Made by a program: the position numbers and the translations under genes. A stretch of 64,000 nt of DNA from an uncultured Planctomycetaceae bacterium (lineage in GTDB: Bacteria > Planctomycetota > Planctomycetia > Isosphaerales > Isosphaeraceae): NCBI GenBank assembly GCA_963833985.1, contig CAWIAD010000002.1, positions 640,001 through 704,000 on the forward strand. The letters are read 5' to 3'. Under the pieces are notes generated by a model that was not told the origin of the DNA, searched no databases, and worked only from the letters and a program-made list of their open reading frames with translations. This document shows, piece by piece, positions 58,086 through 64,000 of this stretch; position 1 is the stretch's first letter, and the number at the start of each line of letters is the position of its first letter.

Positions 58086-58645
58086 TCCCCGTGCTTGCTG
58101 CGCAGGCGCGGGGAGAGCCGCAGAATCAGGTGCGCGCGCTCGAACTGATCGAGCCATTCGCCAGCGATCGTGGCGAGTGCCTGTTCGCCGGGCGGGACAA
58201 ACCCCGTCGGGCACGAGGGACCGAGATGGTCGGCGGCCAGCTTGCGGTAGATCGACAGGGTGCGCTCGCCGTAGCGAAAGACTTCCTTCCAGTCCTCGCT
58301 CAGGAAGACGACGACGGGAACTCGCGCTCCGCCGTTGATCGAAAGATCGTCGCGCACCGAGGGAAGCAGGTCGCGATCAAGGAATCGCAGGTCGATCGCC
58401 GGTGCCGCCTGGGCGAAGAGATCAAAAACGGGACACTGGTTGATGCAGTCGCCGCACCAGGCGCCGCACAGACAAATCACGGGCATCCGCCGCGTGAACG
58501 AACCGAGCAAGTCCTTCTGTCCGGCCGCCAGAGAAAACCGCGCTTGCATCGCGTCCCAGCGGTCGCGCTGGGAGCTATTCGCGAAGCGGTCCAGAAAATC
58601 TCGATAGGGGAGCGACTCGTTGAAGACGGTTGACCATTCGACCAT
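58082..58645 (-). CDS. Thioredoxin-family protein
   Basis: GAWCGDC, RFLDRD, INGGARVPVVVF. Confidence 0.85.
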   Translation of the reverse strand: MVEWSTVFNESLPYRDFLDRFANSSQRDRWDAMQARFSLAAGQKDLLGSFTRRMPVICLCGAWCGDCINQCPVFDLFAQAAPAIDLRFLDRDLLPSVRDDLSINGGARVPVVVFLSEDWKEVFRYGERTLSIYRKLAADHLGPSCPTGFVPPGEQALATIAGEWLDQFERAHLILRLSPRLRSKHGD

Positions 58646-58777
58646 CGCGGGTTCCTGATCCGGAAACGGAAGCCTGCCTCGACGAAACCGCACGCGTGCC
58701 AATCCGTCGGCATGCACGATCGTCCTGACCTCAAAATGGTAGGGATCCCGCTGTCCGCGGTCAATGCGCGTTCAAGC

Positions 58778-60586
58778 TTACCGCTTCGGAGTGCGGCTGT
58801 GTGCCGTGGCGTAGGCGTCGAGGATGCCCATCCGCCCGGGATGAATGATCTCCAGACCGAGCTTCGACTTCACGGCCGAGGAGAGCCGCTGGCCCGAGCC
58901 GGTGAAGATGACCAGCCGCTGACCTTCCGGAAGCGTCAGCAGATCATCAATGCTTGAGAGGTCGCGCTGGGGAAGTTGCGGCAGCGCCGTGCGCAGAATG
59001 AACCGTAGCCAGCCGCCACTGTACGGCTCGGCTCCAGGCCCTTCCAGAGCGGCAGCGGCCCCGCCTTTTCCCGTGTTGCCTTCGGGGCCGACGACGGCGA
59101 GCTGCTCGAACGGCCGCTCGCGATTGCGCCTCAGGATCATCGTGCGGAGCGTCAGGAGGTCGTGCGTTTCACTATGGCGGAAGACCACTTCCTGCACGCC
59201 GGTACCCACGGTGATCGCCAGGATGGAAAGCAGGAACATCGCCAGCACGAGGCGCTGCCGGTCATCGCGGTGCCGTGCCCAGCGGTCCAGCCGGCGGGTG
59301 AACCAGATGGACAGTACGACAAGGTCGAGCGCCAGGTGCAAGCCCAGGGCCGTGGCCGCGCTGGCCCGGTCGTGCGTCAGGTCGTCCAGGGCCCCTTTCA
59401 GATCGCCGCTGGCCCACCAGGCCACGGACATGGCGGTGGCCGGCGCCAGGAAGATCAGGCTGCGAACTGGTACACGGCGGTTGACCAGGTCGGCCACGGT
59501 CACCGCGGCCAGCAGGTTCAGGGGCACCAGCAGAAAAAGATCGAGTGCGCCGAGCGGGCCACCGGGCCAGAAGGCGGGCGCCAGCGCCGCGACCGCCATC
59601 CAGATGACCCAGAAAGTTCCGCCCACGGTCTCGCGACTGTTGTTCTCATCGATCAAGGCCAGCCGAACGGCCCTGGCGGCTCCGTAAAGCCCCAGAGGCA
59701 GAGTCACCGGCGCCAGTTCAATGAGCCGCGCCGGCAGGGAGAGTCCGTCACCGGCCATTCCCCAGGTGCGAAAATCCAAGCCGGTGAGTGCCACCCAGCC
59801 GTACGTGCGGACCATCCGGATGTGCCAGGGAAGGACCATCAGCAAGGCGATTGCGATCGCAAGCATCCCATCCAGCACGCCCGCGACACGCCACCATTCC
59901 AGCCAGCGGAACCGGGCCCGAGGGCGCACAGCAGGAGCCGACGTCGCACCGAGCTTGAGATACACCTGATGCAGCAGCACCACCGGGATGACGACCAGGC
60001 CGAATGCTCCCAGCGCCAGCAGGGACACACCCAGAGCAAGGCCACCGGCAACGACCCAGACGATTGATCCGGCCCAGGGCCAGCGCCGCACCGTCTCCTC
60101 CATGTCGCGCTCATGCCAGGCGTAGCAGAGCAGGGCGCCCACCGCGCCCATCGCGGCCAGAGTCGTCGGGGTCGCTTCCTGCATGCGCAGGAGCAGGCTG
60201 GGGTTGAACCCCACGAGCAGGGCCACGGCCAGTCCCATGCCGCCTCCACGCCAGACCCGTCCATGCAGGTAGGCCAGGAACACGAGCACCGCACCCGCGA
60301 TGTAGCTGGGCAGCACGATGGCCAGCGGATTGAGATCGGCGCTCGAGCGCATGCCGGCCGCGGCCAGCCAGGCATAGAGAGGAGGCTGGAACGAGAGGCT
60401 GCGCAGCGCGGCGGACTCTGCCCAGGGCTTGATCGCATGCGCCGCGGGAACCTGGTCGACAGTCATCCCGTCGAGCACCGCAAGCGCCCGCAGGCCCCAC
60501 AATGGTCCGGGTGGGGTCAGGTCCCAGGAATTGAGCGCCGCCAGGCCAGGCAGAACGGCGACCAGGACGACCAGGGGAAAGAACAT
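58778..60586 (-). CDS. ArnT/GT39-like membrane glycosyltransferase (start uncertain)
   Basis: Polytopic membrane protein; FQPPLYAWL...LPS and PWH motifs. Confidence 0.65.
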   Translation of the reverse strand: MFFPLVVLVAVLPGLAALNSWDLTPPGPLWGLRALAVLDGMTVDQVPAAHAIKPWAESAALRSLSFQPPLYAWLAAAGMRSSADLNPLAIVLPSYIAGAVLVFLAYLHGRVWRGGGMGLAVALLVGFNPSLLLRMQEATPTTLAAMGAVGALLCYAWHERDMEETVRRWPWAGSIVWVVAGGLALGVSLLALGAFGLVVIPVVLLHQVYLKLGATSAPAVRPRARFRWLEWWRVAGVLDGMLAIAIALLMVLPWHIRMVRTYGWVALTGLDFRTWGMAGDGLSLPARLIELAPVTLPLGLYGAARAVRLALIDENNSRETVGGTFWVIWMAVAALAPAFWPGGPLGALDLFLLVPLNLLAAVTVADLVNRRVPVRSLIFLAPATAMSVAWWASGDLKGALDDLTHDRASAATALGLHLALDLVVLSIWFTRRLDRWARHRDDRQRLVLAMFLLSILAITVGTGVQEVVFRHSETHDLLTLRTMILRRNRERPFEQLAVVGPEGNTGKGGAAAALEGPGAEPYSGGWLRFILRTALPQLPQRDLSSIDDLLTLPEGQRLVIFTGSGQRLSSAVKSKLGLEIIHPGRMGILDAYATAHSRTPKR

Positions 60587-60968
60587 GGCCGAGCGCGGTG
60601 CCGGTGCAATCAAGGGGTGAGCGCGGTCGGCGGCGCGACCGCAACCGGCGACCGGGATGGCGCGCCGGCAATACCGTGCGATCGTCGCGGCAGACCCGGT
60701 TCCGTCTTCATCGCCGTGCCAGTCATTTCGTTCCGCTCCCGGTCCCCAGTGTCCGGAAGGCGTCCCCTCGAATTGCTTCCACGCGAACCATAGCATAACA
60801 GCACGGTCTGGGGGATAGCGATCGGCACATGCGAGCGATGCCTTCACGCGCGCGAGCTTCATCCCATGCAGGGCGTAACGATCGGTATGCTTGTTATCGG
60901 CAGAATGGGCCGCTTCCGACCAGACTTTCAATGCCCGCTGGCCCCCCGCAAGGCAATGGGCGCAGCCT

Positions 60969-62519
60969 TCACGGGACGAGCTGGTAGCTCACAAAAGCGA
61001 TCTGCCGCCCATCTGGCGACCAGCAGGGAACGTTGACCGTGCCCTGGCCACCGAAGAGCCGCGCCAGCACGTCGATGTGCCGGTTGTCCAGGTTCATGCG
61101 GCGCAGCGTGACGTCCTGGTTCTCGGGATGACCGGTCACATGCTTCTCGTAAGAGAGAAACACCATCGATCGGCCGTCCGGGGAAATATGCGGAAACCAG
61201 TTATTGAAGTCATCAGACGTGATCTGCTCCTGGCCGCGTCCGTCGGGCCGCATTCGCCAGACCTGCATCGTCCCGGTCCGTACGGAGTTGTAATAGATGT
61301 ACTGGCCGTCAGGAGAATACTCCGGCCCGTCGTCCAGACCGGCAGCCGTCGTCAGGCGGGTTTCCGTGCCGCCCGCGGCCGGAATCGTGTAGATATCAAA
61401 CTCACCGTTGCGCTCCCCGCAGAAGGCCAGGGTCTGGCCGTCGGGCGACCAGCCATGCCAGTAGGATGGGCCGGTCGGGGTGACCAGCGTGGGCGCCCCT
61501 CCCGCAACGGGCAGCGTGTAAATCAATGACCGGCCCGGCGGCTTCGACTGGTCGCTGATGGCCAGCATTGTTCCATCCGGCGAGAGACCGTGGTCGTTGT
61601 TGCAGCGCACGGCAAAACCCGTGTCGACCAACTCGGGCTGGCCGCCCGCCGCCGGGATCTTGTAAATCCGGCCCGCGCTGTTGTAGATGAGCGACTTGCC
61701 GTCCTTCAGCCAGTTGGGGGCCTCGAACCGCGTGGCGGCCACGTGAACCACGCGGCGATCGGTCGAGGCCATGGCCTGCGTTTCGAGCGTGCTGTAGAGC
61801 ACCGGCCGTGCCGACGCAGGCGGCAAGGGTGCGGTGAGCCGAACGTCGGAGAAGACGGCCGTCTCGGTCACATCCTTGTCGTGTGAACAGACGCAGAGAC
61901 CCGCATAAAAGGGATCCTCGAGCACAATGCGCACCGCCGCGCCTGAGAAAGCAGGCGTCTCACCCTCCTGGCCCAGGTACATCACGGTGTACTTGCCGCG
62001 CTTCTCGAGCCGCAGCTTCCTCGGCGCAAGCACGCGGGACTGCACTTCGTGCGTCGCGGCTCCCCGCGCCTCGCGGAACTGAAGCGACGTCAGGCCGTCG
62101 CCATGCACCGCGATATCCACGTAGGCGGAATCCGCGTCCAGGCTCTGCCGGAACATCAGGCATGCCTTGCGATGGGCATTCATCCCGGTGCCGAGAAACG
62201 CGACCTCGGCCGCGAGCGCAGCGTCACCGGAGGCTTGCTTCCAGACGTAATGGAACGCATCCCTGGCGAACCACATGTTCTCGCCGCTGGCGGAGACCTT
62301 GTAGGTCTTCGCGGCGACGTCGAAGGAGGCCTGGCCCGCGTGCAGCACCTGGCCCACATCACCGTGGCTTTCGAAGAGGCCGACGGGCTCTGCGTGCCGG
62401 CCGTCAGATGTGGCCGCAGGTTGCTCTTTCACCTGGACCTCACCGGCCCTGGCCAGCGCGATCAGGTCAGCCCGAACGAGCAGGATCATGCCGATGAGGA
62501 TCGTGGAGCAGGCTCGCAT
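60969..62519 (-). CDS. Secreted TolB-like PD40 beta-propeller protein with N-terminal beta-sandwich
   Basis: Signal peptide; repeats LSPDG, WSPDG, YSPDG, ISPDG. Confidence 0.85.
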   Translation of the reverse strand: MRACSTILIGMILLVRADLIALARAGEVQVKEQPAATSDGRHAEPVGLFESHGDVGQVLHAGQASFDVAAKTYKVSASGENMWFARDAFHYVWKQASGDAALAAEVAFLGTGMNAHRKACLMFRQSLDADSAYVDIAVHGDGLTSLQFREARGAATHEVQSRVLAPRKLRLEKRGKYTVMYLGQEGETPAFSGAAVRIVLEDPFYAGLCVCSHDKDVTETAVFSDVRLTAPLPPASARPVLYSTLETQAMASTDRRVVHVAATRFEAPNWLKDGKSLIYNSAGRIYKIPAAGGQPELVDTGFAVRCNNDHGLSPDGTMLAISDQSKPPGRSLIYTLPVAGGAPTLVTPTGPSYWHGWSPDGQTLAFCGERNGEFDIYTIPAAGGTETRLTTAAGLDDGPEYSPDGQYIYYNSVRTGTMQVWRMRPDGRGQEQITSDDFNNWFPHISPDGRSMVFLSYEKHVTGHPENQDVTLRRMNLDNRHIDVLARLFGGQGTVNVPCWSPDGRQIAFVSYQLVP

Positions 62520-62616
62520 CGTGGTCTTCCTCGCGGATGGTTCCAATGGGTCGAGACAATGAGTCGTTCATGGAGGACGGCCGGCCTCTGCCGCCCGGCA
62601 CGGTGATCGGGTCGGC

Positions 62617-63655
62617 TCAATGCCGCGTGAAACGGTCGAACACGTGAATGACGGGCAACGCGTTGCCGTCGTCGTCAAAGAAACCGCGGCTGCGGAGCGG
62701 GCCGGATACGGCAGGCTCCCACCAGAATATGCCGATACAGCGATGATCCACCGTGGCGAGGGCAAGGCGATTGAGCTCCTCCAGGAACTCCCTCTGCCCC
62801 TCCGGCGTCTCGGGAAAAGGCCCCGGCCTTCGGGTGTATTCCGTGGGCCGCCAGCAATAAGCCGCTTCCACCAGGATGATGTCCTTGCGGTAGGTTCTGG
62901 CCATGAAGTCGAGGTTCTCGCGCAAGGCCAGCAGGCTGCCCTGCCACCAGGGATAATACGACTGGCCGATCACGTCGTACGCGACGCCCAGAGCGTTCAA
63001 TCGGTCGAAGAAGGCCCGGGTGCCGTTCCTGTCCCCGCCCCGGTCAATGTGGATCATGATTCTTGGCCGGGCCTCGTCCCCGCGCCCCGCATCCACGCCG
63101 CGGATCCCCGCCTTCAGCAACTCGGCGAACCGGTCCCAGTGGTCGGGCAGCTTGCCGTCGGGCCAGAGCATGCCGGCGATCACCTCATTGCCAATCTGCA
63201 CCATGTCAGGAAGGACACCCTGCTCGCGGAACGCCCGGATCGTGTCACGCGTGTACTCGAAGACCGCGCGCACCAGATCGTCGTGCGGCCTGCTGGCCCA
63301 TGCATTGGGAATGAACTGCTTGCCCGGATCGGCCCAGGTGTCGGAGTAGTGCAGGTCCAGCAGGAACCTGTAGCCCGCGCCCGCGCTCTTTCGCCAGGGC
63401 CACCGTGTAGGCCACGTTGTTGGGAAGCCGCGTGGGCGTGTGGAACAGCCGCAAGCGCACCCAGTTGTATCCATGATCCTTGAAGATCCGCAGCCCCGGC
63501 CGGGCTTGACCGCCGTCCTTGAAGACCACGCCACGATCCTCGGCCTGCTTGAGGAACGACAGGTCGGCACCGATGGCATACTCTGGCGCAGGGGGCCGAT
63601 CATCGGTCAGGGCCAGGGCACCCACCATGATCAGAAGACACGCGAACACGCCCAT
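62617..63655 (-). CDS. GH53 endo-1,4-beta-galactanase (frameshift near 63385)
   Basis: IGADLSF, NWVRLRLF, LDLHYSDTWADPGKQ, VQIGNE, SYYPWW, FWWEPA. Confidence 0.9.
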
Positions 63656-63819
63656 GAGGTGAGCCTCGCACATCAAAACCGGCGCAGACGACCCCCGCGC
63701 TCACGCGACCAGCCGTGTTCAGCCTACCCCTGCCACCCCCGGTAAGCAAGCGCGGCGCAGGCCGCTCAGGCTCAACCCGCGACGAGCCAGTGGCGCGCCT
63801 CTTTGGTACGATACGAGCC

Positions 63820-64000
63820 ATGCAGATCCTTCCAGAAAGCTTCTACGATCGCGACGCCGAGCCCGTGGCGCGTGACCTCCTGGGCAAGCTGCTCGGTGCG
63901 CACCGTGGAGGGACGGCAGCGCGTTGGGCGGATCGTCGAGACCGAGGCGTACCTGGGCCCCCATGATCTGGCGGCTCACTCGGCGCACGGCCGCACCGCG
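63820..64000 (+). CDS. DNA-3-methyladenine glycosylase (MPG/AAG family), partial, frameshift near 63895
   Basis: FYDRDAEPVARDLLGKLL then, in another frame, GRIVETEAYLGPHDLAAHS. Confidence 0.85.

Overview
This is a high-GC bacterial window, probably from a planctomycete; that is inferred from the LEPRxLL-type export motif, the GT2-TPR and RHS remnants, and general gene style. At least 12 otherwise intact genes carry single-base frameshifts, which looks like unpolished long-read error. The main feature is a ~37 kb carbon-storage/propionyl-CoA cluster (16.6-54.2 kb). It holds a class III PHA operon (phasin-like, phaA, short phaE-like, phaB, phaC), mcm-meaB-pccB-pccA and a stand-alone AceE-type E1. 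It also holds a second phasin-like/phaE-like/SDR set, a Propionibacterium-type transcarboxylase operon (5S-12S-small ORF-1.3S), mce and sdhCAB. The two phasin-like genes share a conserved upstream promoter/operator motif. A decayed island (34.2-39.9 kb) splits the cluster: GT4, RHS and RAYT remnants, an IS1031-type element nested in an IS4, and REP-like repeat arrays inside a broken GT2-TPR gene. Elsewhere, a 1.7 kb ABC-ATPase + DUF4276/TOPRIM-like cassette with its own promoter is flanked by a duplication of the asnB 3' end. A Tn5/IS50-like transposase sits at the centre of a nested palindrome whose arms contain the stop codons of both neighbouring genes. No rRNA, tRNA or CRISPR array was seen. 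Family assignments come from motif recognition, not database searches.
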